The position numbers and the translations under genes were made by a program. The notes under the pieces were generated by a model. The model made no database searches. It saw nothing but the letters and a program-made list of their open reading frames with translations, and was not told the origin of the DNA. 64,000 nucleotides of DNA, from NCBI GenBank assembly GCA_035517615.1, contig DATIYM010000035.1, positions 1,493 to 65,492 on the forward strand, written 5' to 3'. Shown piece by piece: positions 46,828 through 57,050 of this stretch (position 1 is its first letter; each line of letters opens with the position of its first letter). The stretch is from Gemmatimonadales bacterium. GTDB lineage: Bacteria; Gemmatimonadota; Gemmatimonadetes; Gemmatimonadales; GWC2-71-9.

Positions 46828-48221
46828 TTCCCGTCTCCCGTTTCCCGGCTCCCGGTAGTTCCGGACGCCCGGTGCAATGAGTTCAATGCCGTCTGATAGT
46901 CCTCGCGTGATTCCGGCGTGAGCTTGTATTGGCCGAGCCCGCTCGCGTCTTCAAAATAGAGCGTCACGTGGGGATGATCGTACTCCCATTTCCACCCTCC
47001 GCCCATCTTGCCCGGAACTTCGGACGTTCGGTCCGGCTCGCCCAGAGTAATGTAGACCTCGCCGCGGTCGGTCAGCCAGCCCGCATCCACGAACTCCTGG
47101 TAGCGGCGATTGGCGGTATCCACGCGCTGCAGGTACCCGTCCAGGGTCTCGTTCTGTCGCGTCGCGGGCACGGTATCCGTGCTGCTGTTGAACTGATGCC
47201 AGGCGCCGACGCGGTCGTCCTTAGTCGCATTGCGCAGGTCGGTCACGAGATCCTGGCGGTCGAAGAACTTGAGCAGGCTGATCATCTGATCCCACGACGC
47301 GACGGCCCAACGATCGGAGAAGCTGACCAGGAACGGAGTGCTCCCGACCGCGATATCCGAATCGTTCCCGATCGCCGACAACCAGAGAACGTCGCTGCCC
47401 AGCGGCAGCACGCCCGGCGCGATCGCGACCTTCGCGGTCTGCAGGATGCCGTTCGGGTCACGCGGCTGAAGGGTGACGGTGTCCTGCCAGAACGCGACCG
47501 AATCATGATCCATGACCCACGCGGCGAGCTTCGCGCCGACCGGCAAGCGATAGCCTTCGATGTAGAAGTGCAGCGAGTCGGGACCGGTGAGCACCGTCCC
47601 GCGCGGGTTGATGACGAGGTCCGCGAACTCGGCGAGACTCGCGCGACCCCGCCCCTCGTAGATCGGAATCGGCGTTCCCAGCGACGGTCCGTCGAAGCGG
47701 GGCACGGTGTCGCGAATCTCGTGACTGCCATGCGCCGGGCTCTGGAGATCGCGCACCACGACGTTCACGCCGTAAATCCCCGGCCGGATCGGAATGTTTT
47801 CCTGATAGATGATGCTCTCGTCCGTGCGCTGCGTTTCGGCGACGTTATGGACCCGCACTGCCTCGTCGCGCGACACGTCGCGCGCGTATCCCGAGTCGCC
47901 GCTGAAGGAGATGTCGACGTGATATCGCCCGACGAAATCCGAGCCCTCGGTGCGGAAACTCAGCGCGCGGTTCGAGAGCGACAGGCCGAACACGACGATG
48001 GTCGAATCGGGCGTCGGTCCGGCCAGGAAGCGAAGCGATCCCACGAACCGCAGCTGGGCGGTATCCACGAGATAGCCCATGGAGCGATAGATCTCGCGTG
48101 AGTCGTAGGGCGCGGCCCCGGGATGCGTGGGATGCACCTGTGACGCCGTCCACCACGGGCGCGGACCGCAGCCGGCGAGCGCCGCGGCGAGAAGCACAGT
48201 TCGGGCAATCCGATGACTCAC
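46824..48221 (-). CDS. GWxTD domain-containing lipoprotein
   Basis: The GTG at 48221 (residue 27 of the track ORF) gives VSHRIARTVLLAAALAGC (lipobox). The signature near the C-terminus is FVDAGWLTDRGEVYITLGEPD. Confidence 0.8.
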   Translation of the reverse strand: MSHRIARTVLLAAALAGCGPRPWWTASQVHPTHPGAAPYDSREIYRSMGYLVDTAQLRFVGSLRFLAGPTPDSTIVVFGLSLSNRALSFRTEGSDFVGRYHVDISFSGDSGYARDVSRDEAVRVHNVAETQRTDESIIYQENIPIRPGIYGVNVVVRDLQSPAHGSHEIRDTVPRFDGPSLGTPIPIYEGRGRASLAEFADLVINPRGTVLTGPDSLHFYIEGYRLPVGAKLAAWVMDHDSVAFWQDTVTLQPRDPNGILQTAKVAIAPGVLPLGSDVLWLSAIGNDSDIAVGSTPFLVSFSDRWAVASWDQMISLLKFFDRQDLVTDLRNATKDDRVGAWHQFNSSTDTVPATRQNETLDGYLQRVDTANRRYQEFVDAGWLTDRGEVYITLGEPDRTSEVPGKMGGGWKWEYDHPHVTLYFEDASGLGQYKLTPESREDYQTALNSLHRASGTTGSRETGDGK

Positions 48222-48374
48222 GGGCGAGTACACCCTCGATTCTGGTACGGAGACGATCGCCGCCGGTTCATTTTTAGCGGGCCGAATGGCGCCAGTCAAC
48301 GCAGGGCGCCTGGATCACATCCGGTAACACCGAAGACTATATTAGAGTATCGTGCCCCGATTTTGGTTCCAGTG

Positions 48375-48713
48375 ATGAACAGTAGTCGTTCCGCATTGCC
48401 GACGCTGCCGGTCGAATTGCTCCGTGATGCGGTCGCCCGCGCCGTGGTGCAGACGTCGCTCCGTAAGGCGGCCCGCGAGATCTCCATCAGCCCAAATGGG
48501 TTGCGGAATTTCATCAATGGGGCCGTGGCCCGCCCGGCCACCTGCCTGAAGCTCGAGCGCTGGATCGCTCGCCGCAATCTCAAGAGCCGCATGCCCACGG
48601 AAGGACGCTTCATCAAGCTGCTGAACGAGGTCGCCGTCGACCTCACGCCAAGGAACGCCGCCGCGCTGGATCGTGGATATGGCGCGGCAGGCGGATTCGA
48701 GGCGAAGAGTTAG
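48375..48713 (+). CDS. small hypothetical protein, possible HTH
   Basis: Trimmed to MNSSRSALPTL (residue 55). SLRKAAREISISPNGLRNFING looks HTH-like. Confidence 0.45.
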   Translation: MNSSRSALPTLPVELLRDAVARAVVQTSLRKAAREISISPNGLRNFINGAVARPATCLKLERWIARRNLKSRMPTEGRFIKLLNEVAVDLTPRNAAALDRGYGAAGGFEAKS

Positions 48714-48764
48714 ATCAGCCTGATGAGGCGTTGAAGCGGAAGCGCACAGCGGCGGAGCAACGAG

Positions 48765-49196
48765 CTAACAGGGCGTCGTATTCTCGATCTGGCAACAGGG
48801 AATGTATTGCGAGCCTGGCGCGACCCCCATGTCGAGAATCCCGTTGGTGCACACGCCCACATCGCCAACGTCGGGCCGGTGCTCCATGTACCACAGGCCG
48901 GCGAACGTCGCGCCTCCCGCGATGATCGCGACCACCGCGGTCTTGGCCGGGTCTGACTGGAGCGCCTGAATTATCACGACATCGTCCAGGGCAATCCGTT
49001 GCGGCTCCCCATCCACGATCCCATTCAACGTGTCGTGGTTCACTTCGGGGTCCTGCAACTCCACCACGGAATGATCGAGGCCGGTGACCCAGACCCGGTT
49101 GTGGGCGTGCACCGGGTTCAACTGCGTCGGCGACACGGGCCGCAACGAGTGACAGGCAAGCGTGAGGGGCGCGGCAAGCACGACGATCGGGCGCAC
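48765..49196 (-). CDS. paralogue 4 of the small WVT/GDTL lipoprotein family
   Basis: Lipobox PLTLAC. The core reads RVWVTGLDHS...VNHDTLNGIVDGEPQRIALDDV, then TM AKTAVVAIIAGGATFAGLWYM and tail ...VCTNG...IPCCQIENTTPC (compare paralogue 1). Confidence 0.7.
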   Translation of the reverse strand: MRPIVVLAAPLTLACHSLRPVSPTQLNPVHAHNRVWVTGLDHSVVELQDPEVNHDTLNGIVDGEPQRIALDDVVIIQALQSDPAKTAVVAIIAGGATFAGLWYMEHRPDVGDVGVCTNGILDMGVAPGSQYIPCCQIENTTPC

Positions 49197-49457
49197 GCCG
49201 AAAAGAACCGCCTTCCGAGCGATGAGTCAACGTGGAAAGCCGCCATTCCGGCGAGCTTTCAGGGTGGACGGTTCATGGGGCCTGATATACGTTGGGGGAG
49301 CGAGTTCTTGCATAACGGTGCGTACACAGCCCGAGGGAGGGTGGCCGCATAACAAGGCTCAAGGCCAGGCCAGCTTCTCAGGTCCGTTTGACCTGGAGTC
49401 GGAAGACACCGAACTAGGGATGGTCGGAGCCGCAGCCCTCGCTGCGGCTCCGTTTGC

Positions 49458-49868
49458 GTGTTGAGGACAGGACGCGGGAGCGGAGCATTGGACGAGACCG
49501 GCTCGGCACCGTCTCACTGGGCGCGCCTCACGGCGGTTGGGCCCCATCCACTGCGTCGAGGCGCGTGGTATCGCGTCACGGTGCTCACGAACGACACGGT
49601 CACGCTGGAAGTGAACGGCAGGCGCGTGGTGGTGTCCCGCGCATTGACGGAACTCGCCGATCATCCGCCGGGCCAGTGGACGGTGGTCCCCCGTCCTCCC
49701 AACGCCTCGCTGCTCTTGCCGGCCAGCTGGGGCAGCCACTACGCGGTATGCCCCAGCTGCGGGAACCGCGCTCCGTTGTTTGGCGCGCCCTCGAGCATGG
49801 GGTGCGCGCGCTGCGGCCAAAGTTTTCCGGTCGCCTGGAACGAGCAATACATGAACAAGAGCAAATAG
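49458..49868 (+). CDS. hypothetical protein with C-terminal zinc-ribbon (CPSC...CARC)
   Basis: 136-aa ORF (TTG start in the track). HYAVCPSCGNRAPLFGAPSSMGCARCGQSF has two CxxC pairs. Confidence 0.45.
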   Translation: MLRTGRGSGALDETGSAPSHWARLTAVGPHPLRRGAWYRVTVLTNDTVTLEVNGRRVVVSRALTELADHPPGQWTVVPRPPNASLLLPASWGSHYAVCPSCGNRAPLFGAPSSMGCARCGQSFPVAWNEQYMNKSK

Positions 49869-49914
49869 GATCGCACGGGTTGGGCGCGCCCTTCCGTTTC
49901 ACTATGCTGAACAT

Positions 49915-50352
49915 ATGTTTGATATATCAACTATGACTCAACCATCACCTCTCACACTGCTCCTCGAACTCTCCCGGGCTCAGGCCCGGCTGGTCCGCCG
50001 GCTCGACGGCCGGCTCGGCGCGCTGCATGGCCTGAGCTTCGGGGATTTCGCGATCCTGCGGCATCTCGCCCTGGCCCCCGAGCGCAAGCTGCGCCGGGTC
50101 GACCTGGCCGAGGCGCTGGGCCTGACCCCGGCCGCGGTGACGCGCGCCCTGATCCCGCTCGAGAAGATCGGCCTCGTCAAGCGCGCCGTCGACAAGCACG
50201 ACGCGCGCGTCGGGTTCGCTTCGCTCACCCGAGCGGGCGAGCAGCTGCTCTCCCACGCGACCGAGGCCGCGGACCAGGCGAGCGCCGAAGCCTTGAGCGC
50301 GGATGCCACTCAGCTTGGCGAGCTGTCGCGGCTCGTGGCGAAGTTGCTGTAG
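49915..50352 (+). CDS. MarR-family transcriptional regulator
   Basis: The winged HTH reads LSFGDFAILRHLALAPERKLRRVDLAEALGLTPAAVTRALIPLEKIGLVKRAVDKHDARVGFASLTRAG. Confidence 0.88.
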   Translation: MFDISTMTQPSPLTLLLELSRAQARLVRRLDGRLGALHGLSFGDFAILRHLALAPERKLRRVDLAEALGLTPAAVTRALIPLEKIGLVKRAVDKHDARVGFASLTRAGEQLLSHATEAADQASAEALSADATQLGELSRLVAKLL

Positions 50353-50362
50353 GACCGCGGTC

Positions 50363-53023
50363 GTGGCCGTAGCGATTTACTTCATCTTCCTTATTTCGGG
50401 CGTTTCCGGACTCGTCTATCAACTCATTTGGGTTCGCGAGTTCGGACAGCTGTTCGGCAATACCGTCCAATCAGCGGCTCTCGTATCCGGCACCTTTGTA
50501 TTTGGTTTGGGACTAGGCGCCTATGTCGCGGGCCGCCTGATTGACAAGATTCATGCCGCACATTCGTCCGCCGCATTGCTTTGGTATTCCTGCGCGGAAG
50601 TGGGAATAGCAGTGGCGGCGTTTCTCTTGTCCGTGCTCATTCCGCATCTCGAGAGCTTCTCTCCTCTGGTTTCACACTATCGAGTCGCAGCACACGGTTG
50701 GCTCGAGCTCACCGGATCGTCATATCTGTGGCGCTACGTGATCGCCACCGTTCTTGTCGGGCCGGTGACCATTCTCATGGGCGCCACGTTAACCCTCCTT
50801 ATTCGTTTCCTGCTTAGTGGGTCGGTCGGCCATGCCGGTTGGCGCATTGGTTTGCTCTACGGCATCAACACCTTGGGCGCCGCCCTGGGCTGCGTATTGG
50901 TCGATCTCTGGGCAGTACCTCACCTCGGCATCACGACAACCAATGCGATCGCGGTGATGCTCAATTTGACGTGTGGGGTCGCGGCATTTGGTCTGACGCG
51001 GGTGCACCGATCAGCAGTAGCAATCAGTCGAGCAGTCTCTCCCGCCACGCTACCAGACGACGCTCTCGCGATTCTGCCCCTGGGCCTTGCGATCGCGATT
51101 TCCGGCTTCGCGGCCATGGGCATGGAAATCGCGTGGTTCCGGTTTCTCTCCGGCGTCTACATGGCCACCCGATTCACCTTCTCCATCCTGCTCGCCGTGC
51201 TCCTGGTGGGAATGTTCCTCGGGTCGACGATTGCGGGGTCCATATCGAAGCGGTTTGGGAACATGGCCGTGGTGTACGTCTGTGGTCAATTGCTGTTTGC
51301 GGTCGCTGTCCTGGGTGGGGTGTTCGTATCGATCCACACGAGACGATTCTATTTTGCCGGTCAACTGATGCGGCTCGAGGCGCCGGCGATTCCTGTCTCG
51401 CTGTTCGATTACATCAATGTGACGGCGGCGGCACTGAAGACGCTGTTTCTTCCGGCTGTGTGTATGGGACTGGCCTATCCTTCCATCAATGCCGTCGTGC
51501 AGAAAACACTCGACAAGGTTGGGACTCGCGCGGGCGCGCTCTATCTGTGGAATTGTACCGGGGCCATCGCGGGCTCTCTCGTTACCGGATTCATCTTGCT
51601 GCCCCATCTGGGTATCCAGCGATGCGTGACCGTGCTCGTGATGTGCGCCGCCGTGGCGACGGTCCCGGCGCTCGTCAGCTCCTGGGGCACGAGTCGCTCG
51701 TGGCTGGTGCGCGGTTCGGTCCTGGCGTTTGGGGTGATGAGCGTGGTGTGGCTGACCAAGCCCCCTTCGTATCTGCTGGCGATGGCCTACGATCTGTACA
51801 GCATGCCGTACGAGAACATCCTCACGGTCAGCGAGGGCATCAATGAGATTGCCGCGGTCAGCGAGGAGCCTGAACCGACGACGGGAGAGGGCAAGGTTCG
51901 CCGGCTTATCACCAACGGCTTCAGCATGTCGTCGACAGAGTATGTGGCACTGCGCTATCAGCGTGCCTTCGCGCATCTTCCCTTGCTGCAAATGGAGCAT
52001 CCTTCCTCCGTCATGATTCTTTGCTTTGGGGTCGGCAACACCCTGTATGCAGCATCGTTGCACCCGAGCGTACGGCACATCGAAATCGTGGACCTGTCCA
52101 AGAATGTGTTGGGCTTGGCGCCGTACTTCAGCCAATGGAACCGGGATATTCTGACGGATCCGCGGGTGAGCGTCATCGTGAACGATGGCCGCCAGCACCT
52201 CCGAATGACACCGGAACGATCCTTTGATTTGATTTCGCTCGAGCCGCCGCCGCTCAATCACGCGGGCACCGCCGCGCTCTATACCGAGGAGTTCTATCGC
52301 TTGGCTTACCGTGCGCTCAAGGCCGGCGGGTACATGACCCAGTGGGTGCCGTTCAATCAGGTGAGAGAAGAAAATTCCCGGCGGCTGGTGAAGGCGTTCC
52401 TGGATGTGTTTCCCAATGCGGTCCTGTTGAATGGGGCCTATCGCGATTTCATTCTCATGGGCCAAAAAGAAGGACCGAATCAAATCGACTGGCTGAGCGC
52501 GGAACGGCGGCTGCGCAGCAGAAGCTTGGTCATGGAAAGCTTGCGGGAGGTGAATCTCGCCGAACCGGTCGACTGGCTGGGGACGTTTGTCGGAAGCGCA
52601 CCACGCCTGACGACCGCGTTGAGCAACGTGAAGCCGATGACGGATGACGAGCCGGTGATCGAATACTATTCCCAGGAGGGGTTTACGAAATTCCCGCGGG
52701 ATCTATTCGAGACTGGCGACCTGGCCGACTGGTGTCCGACGTGCTTTCACGGTGGTCAACTGGCGGCGGACCTGAGCGTGTTGGGCCAATATCTTGCCGT
52801 CATGCAGGATATCTACCACAGCAAGGCCTTTGGGAATATTTACCCAACCAGCGACGATCACAGACCGTTTTTCGCCATTCGCATGACGCGGACGCCGCCC
52901 CGTCCCGAGGTGGGCCGTTTCCTTCGCTTTCCGACCGCGCAGGAGTTCAAAGCGCTGTTGACCAGGTTTCCGTACCTGAGTCGAGCCTTTGGCCCCCTGT
53001 TCATACGCAAGTACGTCAACTGA
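50363..53023 (+). CDS. fused polytopic membrane / spermidine-synthase-like (aminopropyltransferase-fold) protein
   Basis: GTG at 50363, just after the marR stop. The N-terminus IYFIFLISGVSGLVYQLIWVREFGQLFGNTVQSAALV is typical of this family. It has more than 10 TM helices, then a methyltransferase-fold part (VMILCFGVGNT, VIVNDGRQHL, FDLISLEPPP). Confidence 0.85.
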   Translation: MAVAIYFIFLISGVSGLVYQLIWVREFGQLFGNTVQSAALVSGTFVFGLGLGAYVAGRLIDKIHAAHSSAALLWYSCAEVGIAVAAFLLSVLIPHLESFSPLVSHYRVAAHGWLELTGSSYLWRYVIATVLVGPVTILMGATLTLLIRFLLSGSVGHAGWRIGLLYGINTLGAALGCVLVDLWAVPHLGITTTNAIAVMLNLTCGVAAFGLTRVHRSAVAISRAVSPATLPDDALAILPLGLAIAISGFAAMGMEIAWFRFLSGVYMATRFTFSILLAVLLVGMFLGSTIAGSISKRFGNMAVVYVCGQLLFAVAVLGGVFVSIHTRRFYFAGQLMRLEAPAIPVSLFDYINVTAAALKTLFLPAVCMGLAYPSINAVVQKTLDKVGTRAGALYLWNCTGAIAGSLVTGFILLPHLGIQRCVTVLVMCAAVATVPALVSSWGTSRSWLVRGSVLAFGVMSVVWLTKPPSYLLAMAYDLYSMPYENILTVSEGINEIAAVSEEPEPTTGEGKVRRLITNGFSMSSTEYVALRYQRAFAHLPLLQMEHPSSVMILCFGVGNTLYAASLHPSVRHIEIVDLSKNVLGLAPYFSQWNRDILTDPRVSVIVNDGRQHLRMTPERSFDLISLEPPPLNHAGTAALYTEEFYRLAYRALKAGGYMTQWVPFNQVREENSRRLVKAFLDVFPNAVLLNGAYRDFILMGQKEGPNQIDWLSAERRLRSRSLVMESLREVNLAEPVDWLGTFVGSAPRLTTALSNVKPMTDDEPVIEYYSQEGFTKFPRDLFETGDLADWCPTCFHGGQLAADLSVLGQYLAVMQDIYHSKAFGNIYPTSDDHRPFFAIRMTRTPPRPEVGRFLRFPTAQEFKALLTRFPYLSRAFGPLFIRKYVN

Positions 53024-53120
53024 TCGTGGGAAGAACACCGGATCGAAAACCAAATGGTCGGACTCGACGAGTCCGACCATTTTGGACGAGCACGCTGCGA
53101 CTGCGGTGCGGTGCTGCGCG

Positions 53121-53588
53121 TTACGGGGTTTCGATCACGGACGTTCCATTGGGCTTTCCATTGGTCGTACCGCACGGTTGCGGCAGCCCGTTGTTGGCGG
53201 CACCGGGAGCGAAACTCGCGCAGTAGGGCGCGCTCCCCTGGGTTTGCGATACGAGGAGTGCCATACCGATCGCCACCGCGCCGCCGAACACCATGGATTT
53301 CGCGAGCGATACTTCCTGCGCCTTCATGAGCTGCACCTGGGACACGGGAATTTCGGTGTATCCGCCAGTTTTGCTGGCAAAGCCCACGAGTGTATCGCCG
53401 CTGTCACCCCTGATCTGGGGATTGTACATCTCAACGACTTTCTTGTCGGCAGTCGTGACCCAGATGTGGCTTGGCGACTTCATCGAGACGTACTCCGCCG
53501 GATACCCGACGGTGGTCGTGCTCTTACAACCGGCACCGCCGACTACCAGAGCCAGCGACCCTAGACCCGCGAGAAATGGCACGCGCAT
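53121..53588 (-). CDS. paralogue 5 of the small WVT/GDTL lipoprotein family
   Basis: Trimmed to MRVPFLAGLGSLALVVGGAGC. The core reads HIWVTTADKK...IRGDSGDTLVGFASKTGGYTEIPVSQV, then TM AKSMVFGGAVAIGMALLVS and a tail with 2 Cys. Confidence 0.7.
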   Translation of the reverse strand: MRVPFLAGLGSLALVVGGAGCKSTTTVGYPAEYVSMKSPSHIWVTTADKKVVEMYNPQIRGDSGDTLVGFASKTGGYTEIPVSQVQLMKAQEVSLAKSMVFGGAVAIGMALLVSQTQGSAPYCASFAPGAANNGLPQPCGTTNGKPNGTSVIETP

Positions 53589-53960
53589 TGACAGACCTCC
53601 CATTCGTGTTTCCTACCTGACGGCTGCGACAATCCACGGCTATGACGAGGCCGGATGACGCCTGTCGCCACAGGGATAATACCATACTATCCAATACCAC
53701 GCTTTGTTCCGTAATGCAACGGCGACAAGAACTACGGCCAAAATGGCCTTAGGACTAGTTATGTACGCGCATCATCAGCGATCGTCACACCAACAGTGAC
53801 CCAAGCGCCCGGTGGCCGTGAACGGAACCATCAGCGGACGGTCGACGACCAACGGGAAAATCTCGTTCGATTCGTTGTGCGGTTGATCAAGGTCAATCGC
53901 GCCTTCCCCGTTGCCCGTTTCGCGGGTACGTTCTCCGCTCCTTCTCGAACGAGCGTTCCC

Positions 53961-54374
53961 GTGCATCGAGCCGTCTGCCTCGGATTGTCGCTAGTGCTCG
54001 TGCTGGCCGGCGGCCGCACCGCGCATGCGCAGGGCAGTAAGTGCACCATGTGGCACATGCAAACCCTCGCCGGCTCGAGTGACAGCGTGGTGGTGACGTC
54101 GCAGCTCTTCATGGCTCCGGATGGCAAGAGTGCCATGATGAAGCTGCCGGACCGCGCGCCGGTTCCGGTTCGCATCGTCGCGAGCGGCGGCGACAGCATG
54201 GTGTCGGAAGCGGGGCCGTATCCCAGCGTGCTGCGGCCGGGCCGCACCGTCACGCTGCTGCACATCGTGACGCGGTTCTATGACAAAGACATGACCGGAA
54301 CCATGGAAGCCCATTACGACTCGGGCGAGGTGTTTCACGGCCGGATCCGGGCGAGCTGCGGGAGCAAGAAGTAG
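53961..54374 (+). CDS. small secreted hypothetical protein
   Basis: The GTG at 53961 (residue 56) gives VHRAVCLGLSLVLVLAGGRTAHAQG. No motif recognised. Confidence 0.5.
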   Translation: MHRAVCLGLSLVLVLAGGRTAHAQGSKCTMWHMQTLAGSSDSVVVTSQLFMAPDGKSAMMKLPDRAPVPVRIVASGGDSMVSEAGPYPSVLRPGRTVTLLHIVTRFYDKDMTGTMEAHYDSGEVFHGRIRASCGSKK

Positions 54375-54405
54375 TCCAAAGCGCGGAACATCAAGCCTGC
54401 CTTCA

Positions 54406-55767
54406 TCACTCGTGCTCGGGCAGGTCGACGGCCGGCAGGATCAGGGCAAACACATTCCGCTCGTCGCGGCGAAACGACAGGAGCGATCCGTTGTGGGCCG
54501 CGGCAATCCAGCGCACAATCGAAAGGCCGAGCCCCGAGGACCGCACGCCGTGTGCGTCGCGCGATTCCGGGGCAATCAGCGGGCCGGCGCTCGACACCTC
54601 GAGGTGCGCCATGCCATTCTCGCGGTGCACGGAGATCGAGACCGGAAGGGTCGGGCTGCCATGGCGCAGTCCATTCTCGACCAACTCGAGCAGCGCCTCG
54701 CGCAGCAGAATCTCGTTGGCTCGCGCGTGCACCGGGTCCATGGCGTCGAGCTGCAGCGTCTGATGCAGCGCCTGCGCCCGTTTGCGGAGTAGATCGGCGC
54801 ACTCGAGTGCCAAACCGTCAAGCTCGACGGCATCGTTCATGGGCGGGCGCTCACCGGCCTGGGCGTGGGCGAGGAGGAACAGGCCGTCGACGCGCTGCGC
54901 CATCTGCTCGGACGCGCGTTGCACGCGGCGCAGCGAGGCTTCGTATTCCTGGGGATCGCGCGGCCGCTCGAGACTCAGCGTGCTCTCGCCGCGCACGATC
55001 ATCAAGGGCGTCTTGAGCTGATGCGCCGCCTGTGCCAGAAACAGCCGGTTTTGTTGCTGCGCCTGCGCGAGGCGGGCGAGGAGCCGGTTGAACTGATCGG
55101 CCAGGGAATCGAGCTCGTCCTGGGGTTCGCGCACGGGCAGGCGGCGATCGAGATCGCCTGGATCCATCGCCGCGATGGCGCGGGTCATCCGTGCGATCGG
55201 CGCGAGCGAGCCGGCGCCGACGAAATAGCCCGCGGCGACGGCGAACAGGATCACGATCGGAATGCTGGCGAGGAGCCAGTTCAGCAGCGCTTTCTCATGC
55301 TGGCGCAGATCGACCGTGGAACGGGCGACGACGACGGAGAGACGCATGCCGAGAACGGTGTCGGACGCCTCGGTCAGACGGAACGTCGCATCGGGGCCAC
55401 GATCGACCTCCCAGATCGGCGCGTCAGGGTGCGGCCACGGCGCCGTGACGACCTCGACCTCGCGACCGTGGGCGCGAAATCCCAACAGGTGCCGCTGCTC
55501 GTCGAAGAAAGCAAACCAGTCGGGGCCCACCGGCCAGCGGCGCAAGGCATTATCAATCGCGACGGGCACCGGGACCTGGGTTTCGAGCGCCTGACGGCGA
55601 ATGCCGGCGAGAACCGCGGCACTGGTAGTTGTGATCTGGCGGGTGAGGCGGCGGTCATCCTGGCCGTGGATGTACACGTAAAGCAGCGCATCCAGGGCGA
55701 CGAGGCAGACGAGGAACGCCGCCCCAAAGCGCGCGGCGAGCGCCAATCGCAGACGGCTGTGCGTCAT
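54406..55767 (-). CDS. sensor histidine kinase (two TM helices, HAMP, HisKA, HATPase_c)
   Basis: Trimmed to MTHSRLRLALAARFGAAFLVCLV (residue 169). H-box AAHQLKTPLMIVRGE, N-box LVENGLRHG and G-box GLGLSIVRWIAAAHNG. The start overlaps the regulator's stop by 1 nt. Confidence 0.88.
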   Translation of the reverse strand: MTHSRLRLALAARFGAAFLVCLVALDALLYVYIHGQDDRRLTRQITTTSAAVLAGIRRQALETQVPVPVAIDNALRRWPVGPDWFAFFDEQRHLLGFRAHGREVEVVTAPWPHPDAPIWEVDRGPDATFRLTEASDTVLGMRLSVVVARSTVDLRQHEKALLNWLLASIPIVILFAVAAGYFVGAGSLAPIARMTRAIAAMDPGDLDRRLPVREPQDELDSLADQFNRLLARLAQAQQQNRLFLAQAAHQLKTPLMIVRGESTLSLERPRDPQEYEASLRRVQRASEQMAQRVDGLFLLAHAQAGERPPMNDAVELDGLALECADLLRKRAQALHQTLQLDAMDPVHARANEILLREALLELVENGLRHGSPTLPVSISVHRENGMAHLEVSSAGPLIAPESRDAHGVRSSGLGLSIVRWIAAAHNGSLLSFRRDERNVFALILPAVDLPEHE

Positions 55768-56465
55768 CAGGACGGCCGGGCCGGTCTCGGCGGCCAGCGC
55801 TCGGCGAGCACGTATCCCATGCCGACGACGGTGTGAATCAAGGGCGGCAATCCGCCGCGGTCGACTTTGCGGCGCACACGGCCGAGCAGCACGTCGACGG
55901 CATTCGCGACGGGATCGAAGTTGTCGTCCCATACGTGCTCGAGGATCTGAGCGCGGCTGACCACGCGGGCGCGGTTGCGCATGAGATACTCGAGCAGGGC
56001 GTACTCGCGCGACGTCAGGGTGAGCGTGCGCCCGGCGCGGCGGGCGGTGCGGCTCGCGGTGTCGAGCTCGAGATCGGCGACGTGCGGTGTGACATCGAGC
56101 ACGGACGGGGGCCGCCGCGCCAGGGCGCGCAACCGCGCCAGGAGCTCGTCGATCGCGATGGGCTTGCCGAGGTAGTCGTCGGCGCCCGAGTCCAGGCCGC
56201 GCACGCGATCGGACAAGCCGCTGCGCGCCGTCAATATGAGGATTGGGGTTTTGCCGCCGCGGGCACGCCACAAACGGCAGACCTCGAGGCCGTCGAGGTC
56301 GGGGAGTCCGATATCGAGTACCGCCAGGTCGTAATCATTGCGGGCGAGGGCGGATAGGGCCGCGGTGCCGCTCGCGGTGGTGTCCGCCGCCCAGGATGCT
56401 TCCCGAACCGCTCGCACCAGCAGGTCGGTCAAGTCGACGTCGTCTTCCACGATGAGCACGCGCAT
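55767..56465 (-). CDS. OmpR/PhoB-family response regulator
   Basis: Trimmed to MRVLIVEDDVDLTDLL (residue 8), followed by LAVLDIGLPDLDGL, LTARSG and the winged-helix LTSREYALLEYLMRNRARVVSRAQILEHVWD...VDVLLGRVRRKVD. Confidence 0.9.
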   Translation of the reverse strand: MRVLIVEDDVDLTDLLVRAVREASWAADTTASGTAALSALARNDYDLAVLDIGLPDLDGLEVCRLWRARGGKTPILILTARSGLSDRVRGLDSGADDYLGKPIAIDELLARLRALARRPPSVLDVTPHVADLELDTASRTARRAGRTLTLTSREYALLEYLMRNRARVVSRAQILEHVWDDNFDPVANAVDVLLGRVRRKVDRGGLPPLIHTVVGMGYVLAERWPPRPARPS

Positions 56466-56602
56466 ACGAATACAACCTAATCCCACCCACGCCCGGGGCT
56501 CAAACTGCCGTCATCCCGTTGTCATCTCCTCTCGGTATACCCCAAGGCGTTTCGAAGTGTGGCAATATCAAAACTGGCGAACCGAGACCGAAAGGACAGG
56601 AT

Positions 56603-57025
56603 ATGCGCAACTATCTCGTCGTAATGGCAGCGGGACTGTTTGCCGTAGGCGCATGTAAGACCGTCGAGCCGATCGGGTATCCGGCGGAATTCGTCGCGAC
56701 GCGCGGGCCCAGCCACGTGTGGGTGACGAACACCAATGGTAACGAAACGGAGTTGTGGAATCCGACGGTGCACGGCGACACGCTGGCGGGCTTCAACCGC
56801 GGCGCCTTCACGGAAATTCCGCTCGGCGACATCAAGCTCATGAGAGCGCCGATCGCCGCGCCGGCTCGTACGGCACTGCTCGCGGGCGGCCTGGCAATTG
56901 GAAGCGCGGCCACGGTGGCGCTACTCATGGGCAGCGGGACCGGGTCGACGTGCATCACGCCCGGAACGGACTTCGTCAGTCCCTGCGTCAATCCGAACAA
57001 CCCGGACCAACACATCATCAACTGA
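56603..57025 (+). CDS. paralogue 6 of the small WVT/GDTL lipoprotein family
   Basis: Trimmed to MRNYLVVMAAGLFAVGAC. The core reads HVWVTNTNGN...VHGDTLAGFNRGAFTEIPLGDI, then TM ARTALLAGGLAIGSAATVALLMG and a tail with 2 Cys. Confidence 0.7.
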   Translation: MRNYLVVMAAGLFAVGACKTVEPIGYPAEFVATRGPSHVWVTNTNGNETELWNPTVHGDTLAGFNRGAFTEIPLGDIKLMRAPIAAPARTALLAGGLAIGSAATVALLMGSGTGSTCITPGTDFVSPCVNPNNPDQHIIN

Positions 57026-57050
57026 CAGGGACGGGACTGAGGCGGTCGCG

